Below, piece by piece: positions 25,520 through 38,659 of a DNA stretch of 64,000 nucleotides. Every line of letters starts with the position of its first letter. Within the stretch, counting starts at the first letter, position 1. Source of the stretch: Camelus dromedarius (taxonomy: Eukaryota); contig NC_087437.1 of assembly GCF_036321535.1 (NCBI RefSeq), positions 17,734,001 to 17,798,000 on the forward strand. The letters are read 5' to 3'. The notes under the pieces were generated by a model that worked only from the letters and a program-made list of their open reading frames with translations, was not told where the DNA came from and did no database searches. The translations under genes and the position numbers were made by a program.

Positions 25520-26170
25520 AAGGTTCTTCACTGGTACTTGCTAACTGACTTGATAACTACCAAACACCCAACTCACCCCAGTCTCTTCCCCAAGTTCCTG
25601 CTGAACTCTCGTGTAAGTTCTTCTGCCATCGTCAGCATCCCCCAACTCCAATTAAATGCTTGGCTTTCTGACCCTTGGCAAGATGCTGTTCATCTCATCC
25701 TACAAGTCCTGGCCTTTTCTTTTTTCCCTCTTGCATGTCCCTTGTTCCATCCCTTCCTCACCCCTTTCTCTAGTCCCAGTTCTAGGCCTTTTTGTACCTG
25801 GCTTTTATCCTTCACGTCCATCACACCAGCTATCATCAGACTGATCTGCCCCAAACTCTTCCTTGACAATGATGTTCCCTGCTCAAAAATCTCAAATTCC
25901 TTATTACAGCATTAAGACCCTCCAGAATCTGAGCCAACTGCTTTTCCAGGCTCATCTTTCTCTCTTCCTCCTCTAAAACCTAAGCTTCAGAAAAGTAGTT
26001 CACATGCTTCAGACATAGGTATCATTTACTCATCTCTGTTAATTTGCTCTTGTTCTTTCTTGTCTTGAAATTTTCTTCCGCAAGCCACCACCTGTCCAAA
26101 TTCTGTGCCTCCCTGGCTCATCCTCTTCCTTTCCCATGTGATTGGCCTTCCCTCTGCTGGACATGGCTTT
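25520..26170 (+). mobile_element. LINE-2 fragment(s)
   Basis: gatgttccctgctcaaaaatctc...aagaccctccagaatctg. Confidence 0.5.
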
Positions 26171-26194
26171 TGCCTCCTCTGAGATACTGTGCCT

Positions 26195-26680
26195 CATGTT
26201 GGCAGAACACTCTTGGTTGTAAGTGGCAGAGTCTAGACTGGCTCAGAAAGGCAACTGATTAGAAGGCTTGGTAATCATGGAGAAGGGAGGGGGGCCCTGG
26301 GTCTCAAGGAATCCAACCAGCAGATCGTCTCATCCTTAGAACACTTTTTTGTTTTGCCTCTGCTTCTTTGTAACATTGAGTTTCTTCTTGCTAATTGATG
26401 ACAGATTCTTCTACTTTTAAGGTAGGCTTGTCGGGCAGGTAACACATGGCTAATGGCTCTAGTCTCATATTTTTCCCATTAGAGGCAGACTGATACTTGG
26501 GGCTCTCTGACCCCAAAGAGAAAAGTCCTAGGCAAGCTACCTGATTAGCACAGCAGTTATCAAATGTCCATTCCTGAGTCAAGAAAATGAGACTGGGAGT
26601 AGGGGAGGAAGCTGCCATGATGAGCCCTGCCTGGGCACATGCCCCCCGGTTTGGCCAGGGAGGTTGTGGCTGACTGCAGA
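26195..26680 (-). mobile_element. Old MaLR LTR (MLT1J/K/L-like)
   Basis: cagaacactcttggttgtaagtggcaga...ctgattagcacagc. Confidence 0.45.
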
Positions 26681-28023
26681 CGGGGCCATGATCTTTCACT
26701 CCTCCCTGAGGCTTAGTAGCTCCTTCCATCAAGGGGTGGAGTCTATTTCCCCATCCACTGGGATTTTCTTCTTCTCCTTCCCCAGACTGACCCCAATTCA
26801 ATCAAGGAGTATTACTGAGTCCCCAGCAGGACAATAATCTCTGGAATTTGGGTGTACAGAATAACTACCCTTACTGTTAGATCAGCACAGAGGACCTCAG
26901 ATGCTTGACTCTTGGGAGCTCAGACTTTGTCAGTCAGACGCAGGATTCGGCCCCTGCAGGGAAGACCAAGCCACAAGAAGCCATTCCATTTATCTAGACC
27001 AAAGGGAGGCATCCAGGCCCATCACACTGCCCACTGTCCGAGACAGGGTCCTCCTCCCTTTTTCCTCTCTACCTGCATCTCCTGGGGACCCCTAAGACCA
27101 GTCACTCCACTGTGGCGCATCTCAGTGTTTTCATCTGCATAGTTGAGAACTCAATAATTTGACCTCATGGGCAATAATGCTAAGTAATTTTCATCAAGAC
27201 AAATATGTCTAAAAACCATGCTATTTGTTTTTGCAGCTCTTTACCGTGCAGAGGTGCCTGTGTGTTTCTGCCCTCCACACAGCTTCTGATCATTTGTGAG
27301 CTTTATCTCCCTGTCTGGTGGCTATGGTGAGTTTTATCAAACACACCCTCAGATTCCTCGGCTGATGCAGGATCTCCTTCTCTTTCTAGCACCTTCCTCG
27401 TCACCGTCTCCTTTTGAAGATTCTTTTTTCAACTCTCTCTCTTTCAAAAGATTACTTTGTCACAATTATTCAGGAAAGGGTTTTGCGCCTGTAGGAAATA
27501 TTAATAGACTATTATGAGGTTCTACAACTAATTTTTCCACACATATCATCTGTCTTTGCATGGTTATTAAACTTCAACAATATTTCATGCAATGCTTCCC
27601 TGCTCAATTAATTTGGTTCCTTCTTTTCTGGCTTCTTCTTTTCTGTCCACAAGCTTTAAAATTAAATTGAATCTTCATAATTATAGCTTTTTGTTGTTCT
27701 CCTTCATATCTTTTTCCTTTTTTTTTCAATTTCTCTATCAAAGGAGCAATAAAGACATAAAGAAGCAAAATTATAACTCTAAAAGACCCAAATGGTCTGG
27801 AGTTTGATGGGCTTGAGGTTGGGTATCTTTTAAGTAGGAGGAGAGAGGGTGAAGAAATTCAGACCTGCCTGGGATGTAGATAAACTGGCTCCGATTTATC
27901 CCAGGGCATTGAAAACAAATGAGAACTGTTCTCTCAGTCATGAAACTTTCATGATGTCTGTAGTGCTCTTATTTGTGTCAAGTGATACTCTCATTTTTAA
28001 AAAGTAAATATCCCCTCCCTTTC

Positions 28024-28042
28024 CACACACACACACACACAC
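28024..28042. repeat. (CA)n microsatellite
   Basis: cacacacacacacacacac read directly. Confidence 0.9.
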
Positions 28043-30959
28043 TTCACTTGTGGTTAAATTTTCCCAAAGTCATATGGAGCTATTAAGCCTCTCTTAAAAT
28101 CCTTTTCTTAGGCACCAAGGAATCTTTACTTTTATGTTACATATCTTGAAGCTTGAGGATTAAGAGGTAAAACAACCTTAGTGCTTGGGGTTGACCCAGC
28201 TAGGGCACCAACCAAGGGGGCTCGTGGGAAGCAGGAAGAAGGCTCTGACTGGAGGTTCTGAGAGTCAGAGGGAGGAGCCAGTTAAAGTCTCTTAGAGAAA
28301 ACAGACCCTCAAACACGAACACTGAGGAATGTGGAGGGAAGGGACTCTTCCATCCTCTTCCACCTTCTGCCCCTTGGCTCATTGTTTTTCAAGTTTCCCC
28401 GCTGGAGAGAAGAAATTGCTAAGCTGGCAGGTCAGTTCAGTATATGTGATTGGACTGTTTTCTGGTGGGTGGGATTACTGTGTTTCAAAGGCCAGTGCCC
28501 ATGGCCAGCCTTTTCTCAGATCACAGCAGGGCTTGCATGGGCAAGCCAGCCACTCCTGTGAGTCTACCCTTTGCATCTGAGTTGTTGGTAGGGTAGGGGA
28601 TCCAAGGCCCATCTTGATCTTGATGCATCTCTCTCTCCTCCCATTTCTCCAGCCAATAAGCTGCTCTCTTCAGCTTAGCTTCACAAAGGAGACTTGCATT
28701 TAGCAGTACTGGTGCTGACTCAGTTGTTAATAAGGAGGTACCATGATTCCTGTTCTGTCCCTGTGGCAGTGTGGAAAGGCAGGGCAGGGTTTCAGTGTTC
28801 CTAGGACTCTGGCCATAATGTCATAATACAGCCAGTGTCTTACCTCTAATGCATAAGAGAAAGTCCAAATATAAATATGGAGTCAGGTAACCTTGAGAGT
28901 TGGACAGAGATGTGATCAGTGGGAGGCCAGGGGTAGCCCAGGGATAAGAACCCTGGACTGATGCTTTGAACATCAGTAGGCACTTGCATGTCACAGTCAT
29001 GGGCTGTGGGCTCTATGATGTCTGATGAGTCAGGCAGGTTAAAGTCCAGAAATACTTTTCCATGAAAAAAGGTTGGATTTATCAAGCAAACAATAGTGTG
29101 ATCAAACCTCAAATGAACGCTTAATTTACTTAAGCACATAAATTGAAACAAGGATTAAAAAAAAAAAAAACCCTCCCAGTTTCCCAACACATTTGCAAAG
29201 CAAGAACTACTCTCCTGATCACACAGGCAGGAGAACCTCAGGACAACCTCGTCCATTTTTCTCGCACGATGCGGAGTGGAGGCCCAGAGGAGGAGGCTGG
29301 AATTGAGACCTCAGGGATCCCCAAACCCAAATCACATCCTACACTTCTTGTTCTTGCATCACTCTCTTTCTTAGCTCCTTTAGTCTGCATTTAAACAATA
29401 ACATTGGCTTTCTTTCCTAAACTTGTAGAATTCAGAATTTTTACTAATTTGGTGTTGGCACTACTGGATTAGTAAAATATTAACTAATGAAAGCTGCAGT
29501 CTCCCCCTCTGAGGAGTGTGGCCAAAGAAGGGAGAGCTTTTAGGATGTTGCTCTGAAGCACAATTTCAACATCTGAGGTTACTTTTGTAATGCTTTACTT
29601 TGCGAGAACCCAGCAAAACTCTAGCTATCTAATCAGCTTATTTGCCAGACCTGTAAATTAGATACAGATATCACTTCTCCCATTTTATAAATGAACTAGG
29701 CAATTCTTAAAGCAGTTCTATTATTCCCAAGGTGGTGGTCATGCTGCTGCGAGACGGTGAGGGGCATCTGAGGTGGTCTCCACAACCTGATTAGTCTGGT
29801 GAAGACTGTAATACGATCACAAAGCGTGTGTCCAGGTAACTGATTCTCAGGGGCAGGAGAATGGTGGTGGGGTGGGGAGCAACCCTGGGGCCCAGCTGGC
29901 CCTATTCCACCTTGTGAGGCCAGCACTATAGGCATGGATGGCTAACTGAGAAGTAAAAGTTTCGGTGCAGAGCTGGTGTAGGACACAGCCATCAATTACC
30001 AACAGATTTGTTAACCTCCACTGATCCCAAATCGGATGGATTTAAAGACTCGATCAATTTGATTAGATATACATGAACCAGGTCTCTCCTCTGGACTGAG
30101 CAGTGAGCTCCCCCAGGAAGAGGGCTCAGGCCCTGCTCCCTGGTCACGCCCTCTCTCCCTGCACCCACACCGGGTCCTGAGCAAGGCCAGCTGTGAGTAG
30201 TGCCACAGAATACATTCTAGCCACCACTTACTGAGTCATTGTTAGGTATAAGACTTTTCTCTATGTCTTCCATCTAGATCATTTTGTTGAACAAAGAGAG
30301 AAGCGGGGAGGGAGGAAGAGAGAGCCCACATTCACTGGCTCACTTGTCTGTTCACTCACAAACATTCCCAGACCAGCCACTCTCTTTCAAGCACTGTGCT
30401 GAGCACTGAAGACATAAACGTAAACAGGGCAACGTTGACATTCAGTAGAAGAAGGTGTTGGACTTGTAAAACACTCATGAGGTTGAACTCTGTGGTGTGG
30501 AATTCCGAGGGGAGGCTCCCGGAAGGAAGGCTCTCTACTGAAGAATTACTGTGGCAGCCTGATATCTGTTTTCTTGGAAGTGTGAGAGTGTAAGTGAGCA
30601 GTAGTGGGTGGAAATCCCTGTTAGGGGAAGAAGCATCATGTGGAAGGGTCCCCGATGGGCCACCTGCCATAGGCTGCCCGGGAGGCAGGCACAGAACCTG
30701 GAGGCTAAGCAGGCAGAAGGGGTGGGTCTGGGGAAGGAGAAGGTTCAAAATCCCCCAGTGGATGTGAGCCATTCTCTATCTCCCCGTCTCCCCACCAGTT
30801 CAGTGCATCACTCTGCTCCTCTCTTCCCTTTGCCAGCCTCCCTCCTCTCTGCCCCCAGCTCAACCTGCCTAAATCTCAACTTTTGTCCTTGTGATGATAG
30901 CTGTTACCTGCAAAGCCTTGATCCTGTGCACCGTTCTTGGCTTTTTACAGATGTATAAA

Positions 30960-31120
30960 CTAATTTACTTTGCACAAGAAGGTAGGTACCATTATTATCC
31001 CCAAGTTACAAATGGGGCAACTTAGACCCCAAGATGTGGCTGGTCTCAGGTCACAGGGTAAAGGGAGGAATTGAAACCCAGGCAGCCTGGCTTCAGGGTG
31101 TGCACTCTGTGTCATCCTCC
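30960..31120 (-). mobile_element. MIR SINE
   Basis: ggtaggtaccattattatccccaagttacaaatggggcaac...ggaattgaaacccaggcagcctggcttcag. Confidence 0.8.
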
Positions 31121-31259
31121 AGTTCACTACTTGCCACCAAATCAGTCTGAACTTCAGCTTGTAACCTGGCTGCAACCACCAGTCCTGCTCATACTGCCCA
31201 ATGTTCAGTCACCCTCCTCTGGGCAGGCAAACAAAATCACTTAACATCCTGTAACGTTC

Positions 31260-31520
31260 ATTAACACTCGTGGCTTCTTACCTCTTTGCCTTTGCTTTTT
31301 TCCATCCACTTGGAACATCCCCTCTTTTCCTTTGCAGCTCAACATCCTACCCATGTTCATGGCCAGCTGAAATGCCACGTTCTCTATAAAGGCTTCCTTG
31401 ATTCCTGAGTTGAAAAGATGCACTGCTTCCTCTGAACACTCATAACACTTTTTAGTTCACACATTTCTTGACACCCTTATATTACAGACACTTGTGGTAC
31501 CTTATAATATAACTAAGGTG
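31260..31520 (+). mobile_element. LINE-2 fragment
   Basis: ttcatggccagctgaaatgccacgttctctataaaggcttccttgatt. Confidence 0.6.
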
Positions 31521-31854
31521 TCACGTGCTTTATTTCCACTTGATTTGTAAGCCTCGTGTGGCCCCCTCCTCTGCTCCCCCATCCCCCACCCATCAAAGCT
31601 CCCTTAACCGGTCCCCACGCAAGTTCCCCCTCTTCCCCGCCACACACACAGCTAACACTCACTTAGGTCTGGCCAGAGCCATGGCACAACGAACACACAT
31701 GTTAACAGTCAGATGTTCTGACTCAGGACCGTGCCGTTTTACCACTGTGGTTTGGGTATCAAACCCTTAAGAATGGACCCTCTCACTTTCCGAAGTGTCC
31801 CAGTGTGGAAGATAAATCATGGTAACCCTGCTAAAGGCCACTCTCCAGACAGGG

Positions 31855-32060
31855 CAGTATGACACTGTGGCTCATGTCACCATGTGACTCCCTGAGTTAG
31901 AAAGAGAGCTCTGCCACTCACCAGCCATGGGTCCCTGAGCAAGCATGGCTTGGAAACTTCTGGAAAGTGGATATGACAACAGTCCCGCACTCTGGGTTGT
32001 CAGGAGGCTCATAAGAGTTAATCCTGTAGACTTGCTTGGCATGCAGTAATAGTGCTTACC
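31855..32060 (+). mobile_element. MIR SINE
   Basis: ggcagtatgacactgtgg...gctctgccactcaccagccatgggtccctgagcaag. Confidence 0.6.
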
Positions 32061-32074
32061 GACAGGAGGCTCTC

Positions 32075-32630
32075 ATGTCTGGGCATCCACCAGTCAGGCG
32101 TACCTTTTCAAGTGTTAATTGTCTTTGTTCATAAATCTGTGTGTGACAGTTGTGCTTATTATTGTAACCATGAAATTGAATTAAATGTTACATAAACTGA
32201 TGATAAGTGTGAAAAGAAGAATTGTTGCTTCTTTGAACATTAAATTGAATGCTTTGGACTCAATAAAAGGTGAGCCACTAAAAAATAGCTGTTGAATTAG
32301 ATATGGGAAAAACCACTCTCAAAGACGGGGCAGGGGGATCATAAACATCTGGAGAGTTTCCACACTTAGATTGTTTCAAAAATGACTTCAAGTTCCTGCT
32401 GTACTTTATAGACACTGAAAATAGAAAAGGGGGTGGAATGCCTTTCCATGGGTGTGGTGTATACAAGAAAAGAAGGTGGTACTTCACAAGAGAAGATCTT
32501 GGATCCACATCAAAATAATGACTAAATACATATTTACGTGTTTTAGTTAAAATAAAATAGGTAAGATATGTTCGTGTAACTTTTTTTTAAAAGCTTCACA
32601 GCATTAGTGGACTTTCTCAGTAACCACTGT
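32075..32630 (+). mobile_element. TcMar-Tigger DNA transposon remnant with degenerate transposase N-terminus
   Basis: From 32200, with one frameshift: MISVKRRIVASLNIKLNALDSIKGEPLK/IAVELDMGKTTLKD, a CENP-B/Jerky-type HTH_psq-like motif. Confidence 0.65.
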
Positions 32631-32689
32631 GTCCTGTCTGGAGAGTGTTGGAAAAGAAGACATTTCTGAACACTTTTTGAATTAATGAG

Positions 32690-33062
32690 TGAACAAATGC
32701 ATGGGATTAGAGGCCGGCTGTAGGAAATGCTGTTGGCTCTGGTCATTTTTCTCTTGGCCCTCAACCTCTACCTGTCAAGCCTGCTTGCTGGGAAGATGGC
32801 ACCTTTCCTTCCGAGAGCTTTTATTTCTGACTGTGGGACTCATCCTGCTTACCCACGGGGCAAGTCAGGAGTGGGTGTGGGAGAGTCAATACTTCAGAAA
32901 TCAGCCCCTCCAAGAATAGACGGGGGCTTGATAGAGAAATGGCTCCCAGGCAGCCCTACCTTCCTTCCTCACTCCCTGGATGATGCTTCGTAGCATCAGC
33001 TCCCAAATAAACTCTTGAAATCTTGTCTCGGAGTCTGCTTTGGGGGAAACCCAAACTAAGAC
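32690..33062 (+). mobile_element. ERVL LTR16-like solo LTR
   Basis: 3' end ctcccaaataaactcttgaaatcttgtctcggagtctgctttgggggaaacccaaactaagac. Confidence 0.7.
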
Positions 33063-34049
33063 GTAGGGCCCAGACTTACAGCCAGCATACTGTCATGGAG
33101 AAGGTATACAGTAGAAGATGTACAAATTTGACCAAATAGAAGAGCGAGCACAAGTTTACTTAGAAACAGTTTTTTTAAATCGTCTGATTTGATTGAAGTT
33201 GAAACAAAATATTCAAATTTTTAAGTCAGCAAGACGTTGCCATTTTAGTTACCAGCCCCATCACGAGTCACTGGAATAGTGTGGTGGTTATTGTTACTTT
33301 TAATTGCAGTTGATTTCCTGAGTACCTGAAGCCTTTTGAGACTTTTGAGCCATAGGAAGTAAGTTTTGAATGTGGACCCAAGAAAGCCGGTAAGCTCTGC
33401 TTTATCTCCTCTCCTTTTTTCTGCTCACAGAAGGGGGCTCTTCTCATGGACCTGCTCCAGCGCGAGGCTGGTTGAGAGGCAGGGCAGTGGGAAGGTCCCA
33501 GCAACGGCTCCTCAGGTTCCCAGCGAATGGGGACTGTGTCTGTGCGCACCAAAGAACCCTCTCTGAGGCTCAGTCGCCTCTTCTGATAAAAGACCCCAAG
33601 CCCTGAGTGGTTTTGGTGTTTATAAAAATGTTTGAAAACCTCTCACCAATTCCCCAGCTCACCCACATCCCGCCCTGAGCCCACGACTTAGACTGTATTC
33701 TAGGATGAGCGGAAGGCCCCAGGCACAGTGCCAGGTCTGATGAGGTCTGTAGATTCATGTGAGCCGCAGCAGCTGCCCGGGAAGTTATCCAATGCTCCAT
33801 CAAACCTCAACAACTGTCCTGGGATGGCCGTGCTGGCTGGGACGGCCCACTGCAGCCGGCAGGAGCCCCCACACACCTGTGGTTCAACCCCCAGAGCAGC
33901 AGTTCCGACCGATGAGAGACCAGAGGCATCCGGGCTGGGCATGGGAAGGTGAACAAACATTGCCCGGTGCCCTGCCAATCGCCAGTCCCCTCATTCTGGT
34001 TTTATTATTATTCTTTTTTTTTTTTTTGACTTGGGCAGATTTGGTTTCC

Positions 34050-34445
34050 TGAAATTAATTATTCAACATGAGGTGACAGCCGGTGTATAGCAGCACTGTT
34101 GAAACAGAGAATAAAGAGGCACATTGGACACAGCAGCTGCACCTCCCAGACCCTGAAATTTAAGATCTTTATAAATGATCTGTTAAAACTGTAGTGACGA
34201 TAAGCTTATGAATCATGATCTATATTAATCAGGGCTGCTGATATGGAAAGATTAATTGAAACGTGCAGTTCTACACAAATGATAAAGTGGTAACAATTTA
34301 ATATCAGACAAGAAGAGTGAAGAAATTACACTCCAAGCTTCATGCATCATTACTATGGATATTAATATTTTACCCCGCGCAACAGCATCGGGAATCATAA
34401 TGAAAATCCATAAGTGGTGCACAGACATGATTAAACACAGCAGTC
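34050..34445. promoter_or_regulatory. Candidate highly conserved non-coding element/enhancer
   Basis: Repeat-free and AT-rich; TGACAG 34074, CAGCTG 34134, paired TGATnnAT 34208-34223, ATTAATTG 34251, AACAAT 34292. Conservation is inferred, not measured. Confidence 0.5.
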
Positions 34446-35779
34446 TTTAGGAGCTGTTTGGTGGCGGCAGTTGGGCCATATTTCACTCGGTGGCTGGTGA
34501 TTCCGGTGATAGAGTCTAGACGAGGGTGATTAAAAATCGTTCCTCCTAAAGGCTGTTAACCTTTTACTACTAAAATGAATTTCTTTGATTTTTAAATTAT
34601 GTCGTTCTCTTTGCTCTTTTCAACACCAAGCTTGATCCCAATCCTTGACAGGATGCCGGGTCCTTGGAGTAGTGACAGTCAGAGGAAAATTTCTTAGCTC
34701 CGGTCCCCTGCCTTAGGATGTGGCATTCGCCAGGTCATGGAGAATGGAGGGTCGTTGTCTACCTTGGATGGGGCTGGAAGGAAAGAGTGAATGATGGATG
34801 AACCATCAGGGACCCTTAGGGAGATTCCAAAGGCCAGAAGTTAATATGACTGACTTCCTCACCCAACCTCAGCAGAGTGGAATCCAAATGACTTATTCTG
34901 AGAGCCTGGTCTCACTGGCTTAATTAATTCATTTATTCAATCCTTCATCCAACCAACAAGCCAAACAAACGTGCACCCACACCTGGGAGGTACTGAAATC
35001 TGTCCCGATGAACATGCGTTTCAGGTTGAGGAGATGGAAACCCACATCAGTGTGATGGCTTCTGGAATGGAAACTGAGACAGTCAGGAGGAGCTTCTTTG
35101 CTAGGCGGTACCTTCCACCCTGTGAAATCTTCACTCTCACTTACAAGCCAAGAGACTCTCGATCCCTCTTATCTTCAGCTGAAACAGAGAGGTCAGTGTA
35201 TATCTGCAGTAGTGAAATTCATCACCACCTCAGGTGGTAAGAAATACAGTCTATTCCCTTGAGGATATTACATCCCTTTATTCCCCCCTCAATTTTCTGG
35301 TTTCATAAGTCTCTGGAGTAGTGATTCTCAAATTTTAGTGCACACAAGTATCAATCAGGGGAAGGAGGAGTTGTTAAATATACAGTTTTTAAGAGAGCAC
35401 CCCTAAGGAGATTCTTGGAATTATTTTGCTGAATAGCTTTCTCCTTTCTGAAGCTCTGCCCTATAACTTCCAGCCACCTCAACCTCCCTGAACTCCCATT
35501 TATCTCCTCAACTCAGTGATACCACGTGCTCAGTTTGGGAATCTCTTTGCTGCCTTGTGGTCTGGAATGTGTTCTCAGGCAAAGAGCTATGGTGATCATT
35601 GTTACCTTAACTGTTGTCTTTCTTACATGGATCACAGTTCTGTGCTGCTTGTTCTCCAGTGTCTGAAAACAGTTGTTTCATATATTTTGTCCAGTTTTCC
35701 AGTAGCTTATGGTAGGAGTGGAAATCTGGTCACAGTTACTCATTTAGAGCTTGAAGTGCAATTTGCTACCATCATGTTT

Positions 35780-36265
35780 TATCTCAGATACTGCAGTGAT
35801 GCCCAGACTTCCATTCCTGCCAGCTTTTCTACTTAATGTTCTACCATTCTCCTCTTCATTCACGAGGCTCCCACCAAACCCAAGTTTCTTCTGTCCATTA
35901 AATACACCAAACAGCTTTCAAATGTGAGGCCTTTGTACTTATTCTTCCTTCTGCTTAGAATACCCTTCTCTTTCAAGTTGCAACTCAAATGTCACCTCCT
36001 CTGAACGTCTCTCCTGACCAATGACCTAAAGTCAACCTTCAATTTCTCAGTCTGCTATTATCAGACTATTTTATATCCTCAACAGCTTCATCACAACCTG
36101 ATATTATCTTATATTATCTTATGTTGCTTAATGCTTGCTGTTTGCTGTCTCCCACTCATGCAGTTTCCATGAGACAAAAAAAACCATGTCTACCTTATTT
36201 ACCAGGTAACTTTAGAGCCTAGAACAGTATGATAAATGCTTAAAAACACTTATTGAATGAGAAAT
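35780..36265 (+). mobile_element. LINE-2 3' part
   Basis: caactcaaatgtcacctcctctg...agagcctagaacagtatgataaatgcttaaaaacacttattgaatga. Confidence 0.7.
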
Positions 36266-36294
36266 AAGCTCATGTAAAATAAGGAAACAATTAA

Positions 36295-38600
36295 AAGTAC
36301 ATGCCTACATTAAAAAAAGAAGATCTCAAGTCAACAACTTAACTTTCTACCTTAAGACACAGGAAAAAGAAGGGCAAAATAAACCCAAAGCAGGCAGAAG
36401 AAAGGAAATAGTAAGGATTCTAGCAAAAATTAATGAAATAGAGAGTAGAATAACAACAGAGAAAATCAGTGAAACCCAAAGTGTTACTTTGAAGAAATCA
36501 TCAAAATTGATCAACTTGTACCTAAACTAACCAAGAAAAAAAGAGAGATGCCTCAAATCAGTAGAATCAAGAATAGAAGTGGAGATATTACTAATGACCT
36601 TACAGAAACGAGAGTTATGAGAATACTGTGAACTACTATATAACACAAATTAAATAACTTAGATGAAATGGACAAATTCCTAGAAAGACACAGACTACTG
36701 TACTGACTCAGTAAGAATTAGAAAATCTCAGTAGACCATAACAAGTAAAGAGATTGAATCTGTAATCAAAAACCTTCCCACAAAGACAAGCCCAGGACCA
36801 GTTGGCTCCACAGAGGAATTATACCAAACGTTTAAAGAAGAATTAATATCAAAACTTCCCTAATTTTTCCAAAGAATAGAAAAGGTGGGGACAAATTCTA
36901 TTTCATTTTAATTAAATCCAGAAAATGTAAAAAGGGTGTATGCTATGACCAAGTAATATTGATCTTGGGAATGAAAGGTTGATTTAACACCTGAAAATCA
37001 ATTAATGTAATACACTTTATAAACAGAATAAAGAGCAAAAAGCACATGATCATCACAGTAGATGAAGAATAAACATTTGAAAAAATTCAATACCCCTTAA
37101 AGATAAAAAGAAAAACACTCAACAAACTAGGAATAGAAGGAAGTCCTCAACCAGATAAAGAGTATCTATAAAAACCCCAGAGCTAACATCATGCTTAATT
37201 TTGAATGCTTGCCTCCTAAGATCAGGAACAAGACAAGGATGTCCACTTTCACTGCTTCTATTTAATATTATACTGCAGGTTTTAGGAAGTTCAAGAAAAA
37301 GAAATAAAAGGCATCCAGATTGGAAAGAAGGAAGCAAAACTATCTCTACTAGCAGATGACATGATCTTGTACATAGAAAACTGTAAAGTATATTTAAAAA
37401 CTACTAGAACTAATAAATGAGTTCAGTAGTGTTGCCGAATACAAGATTAATATACATAATTCAACTGTATTTCTATACAGTAGCAATGAACAAACCAAAA
37501 ATAAAATCAAGAAAACAATTCCACTTACAATACCATGAAAAAGAATAAAATACTTGAGAATAAATTTATCAAAAGAAATGCTAAGTTTATACTCTAAAAC
37601 TACAAATGTTGTTACATTAAAGAAAACATAAATAAAGTGAAAACCTTCACATGTTTATGGATCAGGAGATGCAATATTGTAGGGATGTCAAGATGCTAAC
37701 ACTCCCTAAATTGATGTACAGATTCAATAAAATCTCTATCAAAATCTCAGATAGCTTTTTTGCAGAAGTACACAAGCTGATCTTAAAATTCATATGAAAT
37801 TCAATGGACCTTGACTAGCCAAAAGTATTGGAAAAAAACAAAGTTGGAGGACTCATACTTCCTGGCTTCAGAACTTACTACAAGGCTATAGTAAGCAAGA
37901 TAATGTGGTGCTGGCATAAGAATAGAAATATAGCTAAATAGAACAGAACTGAGAGTCCAGGGGAAAAAAATCCATGAATCTATAGTCATTTGATTATCAA
38001 CAAAAGTGCTGAGATAGTTCCATTGGGAAAGAATAATCTTTCAACAAATGTTGCTGGGACAACTGATTATACACATGCAAAAGAATGAAGTTGGACCACT
38101 ACTTCACATCATGTATAAAAATTAACCAAAAATAGATCAAAGACCTAAATGGAATAGCTAAAATGATAAACTCTTAGGAAAAATCATAGGTGTAAATATT
38201 TGTGACTTTGGATTAGGCAATGCTTTCTTAGACATGACACCCAAAGCACAGGCAACCAAATAAGTTAGATTGGCTAAACCTAACCAAAATTAAAAACTTG
38301 TGCTTCACAGGACACTGTAAAATAAATGGAAAAAATAGCCTCCAAAATGAGAGAAAATCTTTGCAAATCATATATCTGACACAAATCTAGTATCCAGAAT
38401 ATATAAAGAAGTATTACATGTCAACAAGAAAAGCTGAATAACTCAATTAAAAATAGGCAAAATAACGGAATAGATAATTCTCTAAGAAATTATTTACAAA
38501 TGACTAAAAATGACATGAAAAACGCTCAACATCATTAGCCATCAGGGAATGGCGAATTCCAATTCATACCTACTAGGATGGCTATGTTAAAAAAAGACAC
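36295..38600 (+). mobile_element. LINE-1 ORF2 (RT to C-terminal region), degenerate
   Basis: ttagatgaaatggacaaattcctagaaagacac; caagacaaggatgtccactttcactgcttctatttaa; gcagatgacatgatc (ADDM motif); many stops. Confidence 0.9.
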
Positions 38601-38659
38601 ATAATTACAAATTACAATTACAACTATTATATATTATATTTCATTTTTATACAGTTAAG

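Noticed and set aside
33560..34000. CpG island
   Set aside because: GC-richer with some CpGs, but by eye too short and sparse to call.
34088..34110. TAGCAGCAC, the miR-15/16 family 5' end
   Set aside because: The rest does not match a mature family member and there is no complementary arm at pre-miRNA distance.
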